This document shows, in pieces, positions 30,174 through 39,537 of a stretch of 64,000 nt of DNA (positions are counted from its first letter, which is position 1; every line of letters begins with the position of its first letter). The notes under the pieces were generated by a model. That model had not been told where the DNA came from and made no database searches. It worked only from the letters and a program-made list of their open reading frames with translations. The translations under genes and the position numbers were made by a program. This DNA is from Candidatus Saccharimonadales bacterium (lineage in GTDB: Bacteria > Patescibacteriota > Saccharimonadia > Saccharimonadales > JAYRRP01), in the NCBI GenBank assembly GCA_041906765.1, contig JAYRIP010000005.1:65581-129580 (forward strand). Direction: 5' to 3'.

Positions 30174-30655
30174 CTGTCTGTCTCTTTGTTCTCTTGTTGA
30201 CCTTGAGTGGGTCTGAGTACGATATGCCGGTCTCGACCTTCACCCTCGGACGCGGTTTCAAGGCCATAGTCTGCGGCTAATTTATGGATAGTGCGGCGAT
30301 CGGCAGCATTCATAGGATTAAGGTGTTTTTCCTGTTTTGAGGAGACCACTTCATCGATCCATTCCTTTGCCTTGGCGCTCAAGCGATCTGCCCTAGCCTT
30401 CTTGTAATCAGCAATGTCAATGTTGACACGGGCAATCGGGTATTGATTGTTTTTGAGTGCACTACTCACCATGTATTGCATTGCGCGCATAGTCTCACCT
30501 CTTTGGCCAATTAAAAACCCGTTGAGGTGGGTGGAAGGAACATGCAGTTCAATAACTTCATCATCGCTATTAGTTGCATATACATCGGTGTTCAAACCAA
30601 AGAAAGAGAGCAAGTCTTCAAGGTATTTTTTGGCAAAGGTAATTGATTCTTCCAC
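30170..30655 (-). CDS. jag: Jag/KhpB-type RNA-binding protein (KH + R3H domains)
   Basis: The KH-like segment is FLIGQRGETMRAMQYM and the R3H-like segment is MNAADRRTIHKLAADYGLETASEG. It shows conserved synteny downstream of yidC. Confidence 0.8.
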   Translation of the reverse strand: MEESITFAKKYLEDLLSFFGLNTDVYATNSDDEVIELHVPSTHLNGFLIGQRGETMRAMQYMVSSALKNNQYPIARVNIDIADYKKARADRLSAKAKEWIDEVVSSKQEKHLNPMNAADRRTIHKLAADYGLETASEGEGRDRHIVLRPTQGQQENKETDS

Positions 30656-31584
30656 TAGCGCCTCCTTTTCTTTTTAGAAGCGGGTGTCTTTTTTTTGTTC
30701 TTTGGTTTGTTTTTAGGAGGGATTACCTCACCCTCAATGACTTTTTTGTCATTTTTATCTGCAATTTCTTCCAGCTCATCCGTGTCTTTGCCGAGCACCC
30801 TTGCCTGCTGAATATAAGCGACAAGGCCACTAGTCAACCAATAAAGTGAAATGGCTGAGGCTATATTGACGGTAATGAGAAAGATCATGCCCGGCAATAA
30901 GAAGCGTGTACTCCGCCCCACGGCAGCATTCACTTCGCTTTGGTCTGCCGCTTTACCGCTGCCTGCTTCCTTGAGGATGTTACGTAAATTGCGGCCTTTC
31001 TTAGTATCCGGCATCAGCTGCTTGCTTTGGTAGTACTGAACAACCACGCTGGCCAATACGATAATCATGGCGGGCCAGTAGATACCTCCTCCTTTGGCAA
31101 TAGCGCTTTTTGTCAGATCGACTATACCAAACAAGGTACTGTCAAACTTTGATATATCTGCTGCCAGTGTTTTCATCCAACTAAGGTTATGTAAGATAGG
31201 ATAAGAGAAATCGAGAATAGCCTGGGGATTTACAACAATACGGCGAATACCACTGTAAAGCGCAATGAAGATTGGAATTTGGACAATCAAAAGACCGATG
31301 CTGGAAAAGGGATTAATTTCTCGCTCTTTATACAGTTCCATTACCATGGCTGATTCCTTTTGCCGGTTTCCCTGTGCAGCCTGCTTGATGCGCTTCAGTT
31401 CAGGCTGCAATTCCCGCATGGCTTTGGCATGGTGCAATTGTTTTTTGACCAGCGGCCACATCAAAAGCCGTACTAAAACTGTAAACAAGACAATAGCCAC
31501 ACCAAAGTTGTGTCTTGGCAAAAGGGCATAAATTAGTACAAGCAGGTTGAAAATCGGCTGGACGATTAAAGTCGTGAACATCAA
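30655..31584 (-). CDS. yidC: membrane protein insertase YidC (short, Gram-positive-like form with basic tail)
   Basis: It has five TM helices, the motif MRELQPELKRIK, and a lysine/arginine-rich C-terminus. It lies in rnpA-yidC-jag synteny. Confidence 0.85.
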   Translation of the reverse strand: MMFTTLIVQPIFNLLVLIYALLPRHNFGVAIVLFTVLVRLLMWPLVKKQLHHAKAMRELQPELKRIKQAAQGNRQKESAMVMELYKEREINPFSSIGLLIVQIPIFIALYSGIRRIVVNPQAILDFSYPILHNLSWMKTLAADISKFDSTLFGIVDLTKSAIAKGGGIYWPAMIIVLASVVVQYYQSKQLMPDTKKGRNLRNILKEAGSGKAADQSEVNAAVGRSTRFLLPGMIFLITVNIASAISLYWLTSGLVAYIQQARVLGKDTDELEEIADKNDKKVIEGEVIPPKNKPKNKKKTPASKKKRRR

Positions 31585-31973
31585 TTCTCCTTTTTGTCTA
31601 TGATAGCATGCTTGCGAATTGGAGCTTCGGGCTTCACAATGCCAGCTTGACTCATTTGTTGGAGGAATTCAGTTCGCAGCTTATCGGCTGAAGTTGTGGC
31701 CACCTGCTCACTGAAGACACTGCAGATGATATCAAAGGGGGCATCTGCACTAAGGTGCTGGCGGCAAAGTTCGTAAATGCGCCGACGAATACGGTTACGT
31801 GTCACGGCCGACTTGCTCACTTTTTTACTCACCACCACCGCACAACGATACGAACAACCATTGGGGCGCCGTATATATCTAACGGAGAAAAGTGAGCCAC
31901 GCACGGTTTTCCCTTTTCGATATACATGGGCTAGACTTCTTCGGCCGTGAAAACGGTAATCCTTTGCCAACAT
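31581..31973 (-). CDS. rnpA: ribonuclease P protein component
   Basis: It is a 130-aa basic protein with the RNR motif region AVTRNRIRRRIYE. It lies directly downstream of rpmH. Confidence 0.85.
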   Translation of the reverse strand: MLAKDYRFHGRRSLAHVYRKGKTVRGSLFSVRYIRRPNGCSYRCAVVVSKKVSKSAVTRNRIRRRIYELCRQHLSADAPFDIICSVFSEQVATTSADKLRTEFLQQMSQAGIVKPEAPIRKHAIIDKKEN

Positions 31974-31998
31974 GAATGGCCTTTGCCGAACAATCGAC

Positions 31999-32136
31999 TT
32001 AGTGGGTAAGGCGGGCCCTACCCTTAAGCCGCCGTGCGTTCAGGACTCGGCGACCTGCCCGGTTAGCCATACGCTTAAAAAACCCGTGCTCGCGAGAACG
32101 TTGTCTCTTTTTTGGCTGATAGGTTCGTTTTGGCAT
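31999..32136 (-). CDS. rpmH: 50S ribosomal protein L34
   Basis: It is absent from the ORF track because it is shorter than 60 aa. Hand translation of the reverse strand gives [45 protein letters not shown], which is an L34 sequence. An AAGGAG RBS lies 6 nt upstream of the ATG at 32136. Confidence 0.9.
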   Translation of the reverse strand: MPKRTYQPKKRQRSREHGFFKRMANRAGRRVLNARRLKGRARLTH

Positions 32137-32239
32137 TTTTGCTCCTTCATTAGAATTGTCTTGCTAGTTCGTAGTATATACAAACCAGTAGGCTGCCGTA
32201 TGTTTAAGTGAACACTGGCATTTCGTGAAATTAACAATA

Positions 32240-32438
32240 TTTACCCCCTAATCCTAGCAAGTTTTCCACTGCTCACCAAGTTTTATCCACAGATTATCAG
32301 ATAAGCTTTTGTCTTGTGTAAAAATATTTCTCTGTTCGGATAATTTTTTCGTGCGTCTACTTTTTAAAGATTTTTACATGTGGAAAACTAACCGCAATAC
32401 GTATATAGTGGGAATACTTAGCGACAAATGAGGGTAAA
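32240..32438. promoter_or_regulatory. oriC/dnaA-promoter region with DnaA boxes (upstream cluster)
   Basis: There is a perfect DnaA box TTATCCACA at 32283-32291, plus TTTTCCACT at 32262-32270 and TGTGGAAAA (reverse complement TTTTCCACA) at 32379-32387. AT-rich runs lie at about 32330-32378. The region sits between rpmH and dnaA. Confidence 0.7.
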
Positions 32439-33803
32439 ATGGACGAGAGTTTATGGCAAGCAGTGCTGGGTGAGGTCGAACTGTCGGTTTCACGTGCCAG
32501 CTATTTGACCTGGTTTAAAAATACCCGCTTGTTGGAGTTTGAAGATGAGGTGCTTGTAATTGGCGTGGCAAACATTTTTGTCAAGCAGCAGCTCGAGCAC
32601 AAATTTAATACGCTGGTGGTCGAAACACTGAAGAAAAACGGCGTAGAACCATCGCGAATTGAGTATAAAATTCACGCCAGTGTTGCCAAACCAAAACTTA
32701 TGGAATCAACAGAAAGCTTTAGCAACCGGCTTTCGGCATCAAAAACCAAAGACAAAAAATCCCTCAGAGGCTTGTCGCATACTTACCGACAAGGGTTGAA
32801 CGAACGTTATACATTTGAAAATTTCATTGTCGGATCCAGTAATGAGCTTGCCTATGCAGCCTGTCAGGCAATTGCCCAGAGTCCTGGCACTAAATATAAC
32901 CCTTTATTCCTATATGGAGGGGTCGGTATTGGTAAAACCCACCTCATCCAAGCGGTTGGCAATGCATTGTTGGCCCGAAAAACGGATGCACATGTGGTGT
33001 ATGTTTCAACCGAGCAGTTTGTCCAGGAGTTTATTGACGCAGTACGGTTTAAAAAGAATACCGATTTCGCCGGTTTCTACCGGAACGCTGATGTCCTAAT
33101 CCTTGATGACATACAGTTCATATCAGGTAAAGATAAAACGCAGGAAGAATTCTTCCACACTTTTAACGCTTTATACCAGGCAAATAAACAGATTATTATC
33201 AGTAGTGATAAACCACCTAAAGATATTCCTACTCTTGAGGAAAGACTACGATCGCGGTTTGCTTGGGGTATGAGCATAGATATGCAAAGCCCGGATTTTG
33301 AAACCAGATGTGCAATCGTGCAGACCAAGGCAAGCGGGCATGAGATAGAACTTCCCCAAGCGGTGGTGGAATACCTGGCGACCAATGTGCAAACAAATGT
33401 TCGGGAACTTGAAGGAGCACTTAATCAGTTACTCGCTTATTGCGAGATGCGTGGTTTGCAACCAGACCTACAGACAGCTTCTGGATTACTTGGTAGTAGT
33501 AAAAATCGTCCGAAACACTTGAGTCCCAAGCAGATTATTGAACGTACTGCGAAGCATTTTCAGATTCCTCTGGATGATATTCTGGGGCCCAAACGCGATA
33601 AGGATATTGTGGTACCCCGTCAAATTGCTATGTATATGCTTCGGTCGGAACTTCATTTAAGCTTCCCAAAGATCGCCCGGGAACTTGGCCGTAAAGACCA
33701 CACTACTGCCATACACTCTGTAGAAAAAATAGAAAAGGAGTCGTCGCTTGACGCTGATATCCGCTCAGCAATCGCTGAGATTAAGGAGCGCCTGTATGCG
33801 TGA
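32439..33803 (+). CDS. dnaA: chromosomal replication initiator protein DnaA
   Basis: It has Walker A GGVGIGKTHL, Walker B ILDDIQF, and the domain IV motif RELGRKDHTTAIHSVEKI. Confidence 0.95.
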   Translation: MDESLWQAVLGEVELSVSRASYLTWFKNTRLLEFEDEVLVIGVANIFVKQQLEHKFNTLVVETLKKNGVEPSRIEYKIHASVAKPKLMESTESFSNRLSASKTKDKKSLRGLSHTYRQGLNERYTFENFIVGSSNELAYAACQAIAQSPGTKYNPLFLYGGVGIGKTHLIQAVGNALLARKTDAHVVYVSTEQFVQEFIDAVRFKKNTDFAGFYRNADVLILDDIQFISGKDKTQEEFFHTFNALYQANKQIIISSDKPPKDIPTLEERLRSRFAWGMSIDMQSPDFETRCAIVQTKASGHEIELPQAVVEYLATNVQTNVRELEGALNQLLAYCEMRGLQPDLQTASGLLGSSKNRPKHLSPKQIIERTAKHFQIPLDDILGPKRDKDIVVPRQIAMYMLRSELHLSFPKIARELGRKDHTTAIHSVEKIEKESSLDADIRSAIAEIKERLYA

Positions 33804-34066
33804 GTTGTGTATGAATCGTGGAATAGTTGTGGGTAAACAAGATAATTCTAGTTGGTGGTACACAATTTATACTCACTGCTTGTGTTTTTCACATTATTTA
33901 TACTCAGTCAGTAAAAATTATTCACAAAATCTGCTCAGTTTTTACACACGTTTTTCCAATTGGTTTACAAGCTTTTTATCTCTGTTACAAAAGCCTTTTC
34001 CCCACTTTCCCCAAAGCCTTTTATTAAAACGACTAAGTATATAAATCTATTTAGGAGATTGATTAC
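33804..34066. promoter_or_regulatory. dnaA-dnaN intergenic region with DnaA-box-like sites (second oriC module candidate)
   Basis: It contains TTATTCACA at 33918-33926 (fits TTATNCACA), TGTGGGTAA at 33828-33836 (reverse complement TTACCCACA), and TTTTACACA at 33940-33948. An AT-rich tract lies near 34035-34055. It is 263 nt long with no credible gene. Confidence 0.55.
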
Positions 34067-35152
34067 ATGAAGCTGCAAATCACACAGGAAAACCTTGCGA
34101 AAGCTCTTAACACAGTTGCCCGGGTAGCGAATACTCGAAACACCCTACCAATCCTGGCTAATATCATGATCAAAACCGTTGGTACAAGAGTAGCTGTTGC
34201 TGCCACCAATCTGGATATAGCTATTACTCAATACATTGGTTCAAAAGTAAGCGAAGAAGGCTCAATTACTGTACCAGCCCGCCTTACCCAGGATTTTGTC
34301 AGTAGTCTCCCGGGTGGAATTATTAATCTTGCGTTAGATGAAAATAAATTGCACCTATCAACTGATAAGTACAAATCTGTTATCAACGGAATTTCAGCCG
34401 AAGAATTTCCGGTTATGCCGGCAATCAAAGAAGGAAAAACCTGGAAAGTTTCTGCAAGTGTACTTCGTAAAGGCTTGCAACAAGTGGGGTTTGCAGCGAG
34501 TAACGATGAAGCTCGGCCTGTGCTGACTGGCGTCTATTTTTATAGCCAAAAAGACCAGCTCGTTATTGTGGCTACCGATAGTTACCGCTTGGGAGAGAAA
34601 AAGCTTACCAAAAACACCCAAAACATAGAACTACTAGTGCCTGCTACTGCTATGCAAGACCTACTAAGAATACTGGCTGATACAGATGATGAAGTACAGA
34701 TCACCAGTGATGATCAACAGGCGTTATTTAAGGTTAACGATATTGAATTAGTAACGCGGCTGATCGATGGAAAATACCCTGATTATGCAAAACTTATCCC
34801 TACCAAGTTTACCACTAGCGCTGTCTTGAAACGGGCTGACTTTGCCAACATTACTAAGGTGTCGAGCCTTTTTGCCCGTGAAAGTGCCGGTAGTGTGACG
34901 CTAGAGGTAGGAGAGAACCAAGTCAGTATTAAATCAGTCGCTTCACAGCTAGGCGAAAACACTGCCAGTGCGGATGCTCAAACCAGCGGAATCGGCGAAG
35001 TTACTTTAAACTCCCGCTATCTACTGGATGCATTAAGCGCTACTGCCAGCGATGAAGTAACCTTTGGGTTTAATGGCAAACTAGAGCCGTGTGTGTTGCA
35101 AGAGACAGGCAACCGAGACTACACCCATGTCATTATGCCGCTAAAAAGCTAA
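34067..35152 (+). CDS. dnaN: DNA polymerase III beta sliding clamp
   Basis: It is 361 aa with the three-domain clamp pattern (LPILANIMIK ... ATDSYRL ... IMPLK). An RBS TAGGAG lies upstream, and it follows dnaA in synteny. Confidence 0.9.
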   Translation: MKLQITQENLAKALNTVARVANTRNTLPILANIMIKTVGTRVAVAATNLDIAITQYIGSKVSEEGSITVPARLTQDFVSSLPGGIINLALDENKLHLSTDKYKSVINGISAEEFPVMPAIKEGKTWKVSASVLRKGLQQVGFAASNDEARPVLTGVYFYSQKDQLVIVATDSYRLGEKKLTKNTQNIELLVPATAMQDLLRILADTDDEVQITSDDQQALFKVNDIELVTRLIDGKYPDYAKLIPTKFTTSAVLKRADFANITKVSSLFARESAGSVTLEVGENQVSIKSVASQLGENTASADAQTSGIGEVTLNSRYLLDALSATASDEVTFGFNGKLEPCVLQETGNRDYTHVIMPLKS

Positions 35153-35162
35153 AATAGGCGGT

Positions 35163-36224
35163 ATGATCCGCAACTTCCGCCTTCAGAATTTCCGCTCCTA
35201 CCAAGATGAGAGCTTTGAATTTGATGATCGGGTAAATATTGTGGTCGGCCCAAACGCAAGCGGCAAAACAAATTTACTGGAAGCACTACAGGTGGTTTTA
35301 TCAAATGAATCATACCGCGCAAAAGATCATTTACTAATCAAAGATGGTTCACCACGAGCCAGGCTGGACGTGACACTGAACGATGGCACAAAGCGCTCAG
35401 TAGTACTTGTCCGCGCCAGCGACACCAAAGCAATAAAAAAGACTATCGTTAATGATCATGAGGTGCGGAATGTTCGGCTGGAACACACCTTGCCTCTGGT
35501 GCTGTTTGAGCCCAACCACCTTTTGCTTCTTAGTGGTTCTCCAGAAGGTCGCAGGGAGTATCTGGATGCGCTGCTTGAGCGCACACTGAGTGGCTATCGA
35601 ACGCTTCGCCGCCAGTACATACGGGCACTGCAGCAACGGAATAACTTACTAAAGAGAGGTACTCTTGACCAAGATAAATTATTTCCGTGGAATGTTCGCC
35701 TGAGTGAACTGGGTGGCAGCATAGCCAACTACCGCGAGCAGTTAATTGAGAAGTTTGCAAAGCGTTTGAGTGAGGTTTACAGTGATTTAGCCAACAAAAA
35801 TGTGCGTGTTACTATTCAGTATCAAAGTGCCTGCAACCTAAAAACCTACGGCAGTAGTTTACTGCAAAAACTCGAAAGAGATGTGTCTGTTGACAGTATT
35901 CGCGGCTACACTGGCAGTGGCCCACACCGTGATGATTTTGAAGTTAAAATTAATGATAATCTTGCCCAACACTACAGCTCGCGTGGCGAAGCCAGGACAT
36001 TGGTGTTGTCATTAAAAATAATTGAACTTCAACTTGTTGAGGCTGCCAGAGATAAGCGTCCGGTTATGCTGCTTGATGATGTGTTTAGCGAACTGGACGG
36101 TGCTCGCCGTCACGCGCTTACCAATCATCTACAAAACTATCAGACATTTATTACCACAACTGACGCCGACGCGATTTTAGGACGTTTTTTAGACAAGGCT
36201 TTGATAATTCCTATAGCAAAATAG
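35163..36224 (+). CDS. recF: DNA replication and repair protein RecF
   Basis: It begins FRSY, with Walker A GPNASGKTNLLEA, the signature SRGEARTLVLSLK, and Walker B MLLDDVFSELD. Confidence 0.9.
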   Translation: MIRNFRLQNFRSYQDESFEFDDRVNIVVGPNASGKTNLLEALQVVLSNESYRAKDHLLIKDGSPRARLDVTLNDGTKRSVVLVRASDTKAIKKTIVNDHEVRNVRLEHTLPLVLFEPNHLLLLSGSPEGRREYLDALLERTLSGYRTLRRQYIRALQQRNNLLKRGTLDQDKLFPWNVRLSELGGSIANYREQLIEKFAKRLSEVYSDLANKNVRVTIQYQSACNLKTYGSSLLQKLERDVSVDSIRGYTGSGPHRDDFEVKINDNLAQHYSSRGEARTLVLSLKIIELQLVEAARDKRPVMLLDDVFSELDGARRHALTNHLQNYQTFITTTDADAILGRFLDKALIIPIAK

Positions 36225-36225
36225 C

Positions 36226-37614
36226 CTATTCAATATTAGTGGTATCAATAATGAACACAAGCGTATCAGGGTTTACCCCTTTGCTTTTAATATACGCGTT
36301 AACTTTACTCATTGTAGCTTCTATAGGTGGAGTAAGAACAGAAATCATAACTCGCTTGTCTTTGTACTGGATAAGTAGGTAGCCATCTTTCCCTCCCGGA
36401 TCACCCGAAGGTACATTCACCGGTGGGTTTGTAACCTTTGTCTCATCTTTTGATAAATAGCGAATACCATCCTCTGTAGTGAGGGCGGTAAAACTATCAT
36501 CAAGTGATACGAGTAATTTTACGTTATTAGGGGGAATATTTAGAGAAGGAGAAATTAATTTGGCGCTATTATCTTCTACTCCGTATTGCCTTACTTCAGT
36601 AAGAGTAACCTCTTTCTTGCCTTTGTTTTCACTTGGTTTTTCGAGGGTCACTAAAAATTTATTGTCTTTAGTAAAACTTGCGACATTTCGCGCCACATTA
36701 TCATGAGTTACCTTACGAGCTTTTGCTTTGTTTTGTGTAGACTGTATGTAAAATGCGCCTATACCACCAAGTGCTGGTTCATCCTCATCTGCTTTTTTAC
36801 TGCCTTTGAAGAACGCGGCCAACATACCATCTTCAGAGACTATGATATCGCTCGTAGTGTTAGCTAATATCTGACTTTCTTTGCCAGCTTTATCTCGTTG
36901 GTAAAGAATATACTCGTTATCTTTGAAACGGGTGTAGTACAGATTGTCTGTGTTGGTGTCGTAAATTTTGCCTAGTGCTACGCTCTCATCCACACTTATT
37001 TTAAAGATTTCTCGGCTTGTATTGTCTTGTGAGTTTATAGCGTCAATAGGCAGACTGCTGCCAACTGAATCCGCATCGTCAGGGTCATAGATGCTTGTAT
37101 CTGGAATAGTCACCAATTCATTACGGTGCCAAAAAACCTCGCGAAGCTTTTTATTTATCGGATGAAAAATTTGATTACCTTTGAGGTCTACATACCACCA
37201 GGTAGAAGCAGATAAAGTCATCTTATTTTGCGTTAATATTTTGCCTAAGTAAGAATTTGGCGATTGGGGTCCTGCTTTAAATGCAACCTTATTTCCGTCA
37301 CTAGACCAACGAAAATCACTGAGACTGGCGAGTGTGTAAAGATCCACTGGTAGTAGTTTGGTGGTCTTGTCGGCTGTTGGGTTAAACGAGATAAAATTCC
37401 TTCCATTAAAGAATCGGACATCATTCTTGCTAAGCACCAAGGGATCTTTTATATTTCCGGCAAAGGCCTCTGTGGCATGGTAGGTTATTTTTTCTGCTTT
37501 GTCTGATCTCATAAAATGAACAACAAAAACAAACAACGCAACCAGAAGTAGAGCAATTATGCCAATTGCAGCCAGCCTTCTCGTTAGTGATTTGGTGGTG
37601 TTAAATGGCTCCAT
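36226..37614 (-). CDS. membrane-anchored hypothetical protein, beta-rich (possibly beta-propeller-like) ectodomain; last gene of the T4SS-like operon
   Basis: The ATG at 37614 (MEPFNTTKSL...) follows a GAGAGGAA RBS and lies 19 nt after the upstream stop. The track start at 37803 would overlap the upstream gene by 170 nt. It has a single TM helix (IGIIALLLVALFVFVV). I recognised no catalytic motif. Confidence 0.5.
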   Translation of the reverse strand: MEPFNTTKSLTRRLAAIGIIALLLVALFVFVVHFMRSDKAEKITYHATEAFAGNIKDPLVLSKNDVRFFNGRNFISFNPTADKTTKLLPVDLYTLASLSDFRWSSDGNKVAFKAGPQSPNSYLGKILTQNKMTLSASTWWYVDLKGNQIFHPINKKLREVFWHRNELVTIPDTSIYDPDDADSVGSSLPIDAINSQDNTSREIFKISVDESVALGKIYDTNTDNLYYTRFKDNEYILYQRDKAGKESQILANTTSDIIVSEDGMLAAFFKGSKKADEDEPALGGIGAFYIQSTQNKAKARKVTHDNVARNVASFTKDNKFLVTLEKPSENKGKKEVTLTEVRQYGVEDNSAKLISPSLNIPPNNVKLLVSLDDSFTALTTEDGIRYLSKDETKVTNPPVNVPSGDPGGKDGYLLIQYKDKRVMISVLTPPIEATMSKVNAYIKSKGVNPDTLVFIIDTTNIE

Positions 37615-37633
37615 CAGATTCCTCTCAATACCT

Positions 37634-39532
37634 TTAAGGCAATGTATTATAAGTTTCAAATAGTTTTTGAGGTAGCTGTATTTTGTCACTGCCTGCTCGG
37701 AAAACAGCCGCGTTTTCAGGAGGGCAATTCTCTCTTTTACATCCAGGGCGTTTTGGGCCAGCAGCTGCATCAATATGTAGGTGGGCCACACCACATCCGG
37801 CACCCGGTGGTCCTACTACGCCTATTTGCTCGCCGGCTTGGACGGTTTGCCCTTCGCTAACCATGGTATTCATATTCATGTGCAGATACGATATGGTCAC
37901 ATCGTTTTCTGCGTTGTAAACAGAGACCAGCCGCCCAGGGCATTTATCTTCACCAATGTGTGAAACGGTTCCGCCCAGCGAGGCGACTACCGGGGTGTCT
38001 GGGTTAGCCATTATGTCGTGGGCGGCATAGGGATGACCACCTTGAGACATTTTCCCGTCTTTAAATTGGCCCCCATTTTGGGCAGTCATATCCGCTTTGG
38101 TAGTTTTTAATGGAAATACAAAGCCGCCTGCTCCACCACCACAACCAGATCCAGTCGAGGCTGGCGCACCATTAGTGCTGCCGGTAGGAGCAGCAGAGCC
38201 AGCAGTAGGTCCGACAGGCGCATTTTGATCTGGTGCCCAAGCGTACAATAGTTCGTCACCTTCTCCATACACCCACACTGCAGCCCCTAATGCATCGATA
38301 GCTTCCTGAGTCATACCAGAAACCCGGCCATTGTATCCGCTCCCATCGGGTAGTGGCTCTTCCTGGGGGTCATGCCAGTATGGCGGTACCGAACCTGAAC
38401 TATTTTCAGGAGTACCTGTCCAGGCTGCGGGCCCATAGTCTGCAATTACTAGTATCACGCTTTTCTGAGTTTTAGGGTTTGTAACAAGAACTTTGCGGGG
38501 TGCTGCCGAGTACCATCCGCTGTCCTCCGGACCTGGTGACGAGGTGTGTCCATTCCACAGAGCCTTAACATAACGCCAACGCATGTTGATGTAGTAATAA
38601 CCGCCATCAGGTCCCGTCATGTCAGCTGCGCCTATATTGCCAAAAATAGCTGCACCATGGCCTCTCGCCTCAACCTCTGTCATAGTGCCACCTTTAGAGG
38701 CGGGTAGACGATGTCCTTCTAACTCTTGAGCGCCACTGCCACCTGATGAGCAACAATTGGCCTGGGTTGCTGCTGATGGCGCTGTACCCGGTCCTGGATC
38801 AGCCGTACCCAGGTCAGCCCTAATTTTTGCCAAAAATCCGTTGCCCGGATCTGTATTTCCTGGATTTACTTCTAGATGGCCAAATATTCCCTTGTGGTTT
38901 GCTGTGTCTCTTTCATTCTTAATTCCGTACTTAACCATTAATTCTTTGACTACACCCAGATAAGTGGGATAGATGGGGCTGGCAATAATATCTGATTCAT
39001 GTCCGGCTGCTTCAATGCCGATAGTGGTTTGATTCCACGGATCTTCTGGTCCACCCGGCATAGTCTGAATAGGTTTTGTTTCGAGTGTTTCAGATAATTG
39101 CCACAATGAACCGTCCACCATAATTCCTAATTGTACTGCTCGACCGTTCGGATATTTCTCCCTACTATCTTCTCTACCTCGAAGAATGCCCACAAGCTGA
39201 TCACCAGTTTTTTCCTTGCCTTCAGTAAAGTGAAGCATAATTGCAGTTGGTTTTATTTGCGGCCCCCGAAATGGGTCCGCAACTTTTTTGGAGCCAGAAA
39301 GTAGTGGGCCAGAGGCGCCGCTACCCCCTACTGCATCACTACTCTCGCCACCTCCCGGTGCACAATATGTTTTGTGGTGAACACTGTCGTAGTCTGCTGC
39401 ATGAAGATCATCCTCGGGCAATGGCGCGGCAAACAAAGGTGTAAAGGACGAAGCAACACCAAACACAATGTTCAGCACGACCCCCATAATCAAGAGCCGT
39501 CTAGTAATAATTTTATAATTCTTCATATTCAT
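37634..39532 (-). CDS. secreted three-domain peptidoglycan hydrolase: amidase_2-type N-acetylmuramoyl-L-alanine amidase + RlpA-like DPBB domain + M23 (LytM) metalloendopeptidase
   Basis: It has a signal/anchor segment (LLIMGVVLNIVFGVASSF). The amidase motifs are IMLHFTEG ... GIEAAGH ... GHLEVNPGNTDPG. The DPBB-like segment is VLVTNPKTQKSVILVIADYGPA. The M23 motifs are HDIMANPDTPVVA ... ISYLHMN ... HLHID. Confidence 0.75.
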   Translation of the reverse strand: MNMKNYKIITRRLLIMGVVLNIVFGVASSFTPLFAAPLPEDDLHAADYDSVHHKTYCAPGGGESSDAVGGSGASGPLLSGSKKVADPFRGPQIKPTAIMLHFTEGKEKTGDQLVGILRGREDSREKYPNGRAVQLGIMVDGSLWQLSETLETKPIQTMPGGPEDPWNQTTIGIEAAGHESDIIASPIYPTYLGVVKELMVKYGIKNERDTANHKGIFGHLEVNPGNTDPGNGFLAKIRADLGTADPGPGTAPSAATQANCCSSGGSGAQELEGHRLPASKGGTMTEVEARGHGAAIFGNIGAADMTGPDGGYYYINMRWRYVKALWNGHTSSPGPEDSGWYSAAPRKVLVTNPKTQKSVILVIADYGPAAWTGTPENSSGSVPPYWHDPQEEPLPDGSGYNGRVSGMTQEAIDALGAAVWVYGEGDELLYAWAPDQNAPVGPTAGSAAPTGSTNGAPASTGSGCGGGAGGFVFPLKTTKADMTAQNGGQFKDGKMSQGGHPYAAHDIMANPDTPVVASLGGTVSHIGEDKCPGRLVSVYNAENDVTISYLHMNMNTMVSEGQTVQAGEQIGVVGPPGAGCGVAHLHIDAAAGPKRPGCKRENCPPENAAVFRAGSDKIQLPQKLFETYNTLP

Positions 39533-39537
39533 TTAAT

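Noticed and set aside
32040-32237. 65-aa minus-strand ORF upstream of rnpA
   Set aside because: It overlaps rpmH (31999-32136), which is in a different frame and has an unmistakable L34 sequence and an AAGGAG RBS. The 65-aa ORF has no such support.
33748-34044. 98-aa and 66-aa plus-strand ORFs in the dnaA-dnaN spacer
   Set aside because: They lie in an AT-rich region full of DnaA-box-like sites, the first overlaps the dnaA 3' end, and neither has an RBS or a recognisable protein. They are better explained as oriC/promoter DNA.
37615-37803. Upstream extension of ORF 36226..37803
   Set aside because: It would overlap the preceding hydrolase gene by 170 nt. An internal ATG at 37614 has a GAGAGGAA RBS and begins just before the TM anchor.
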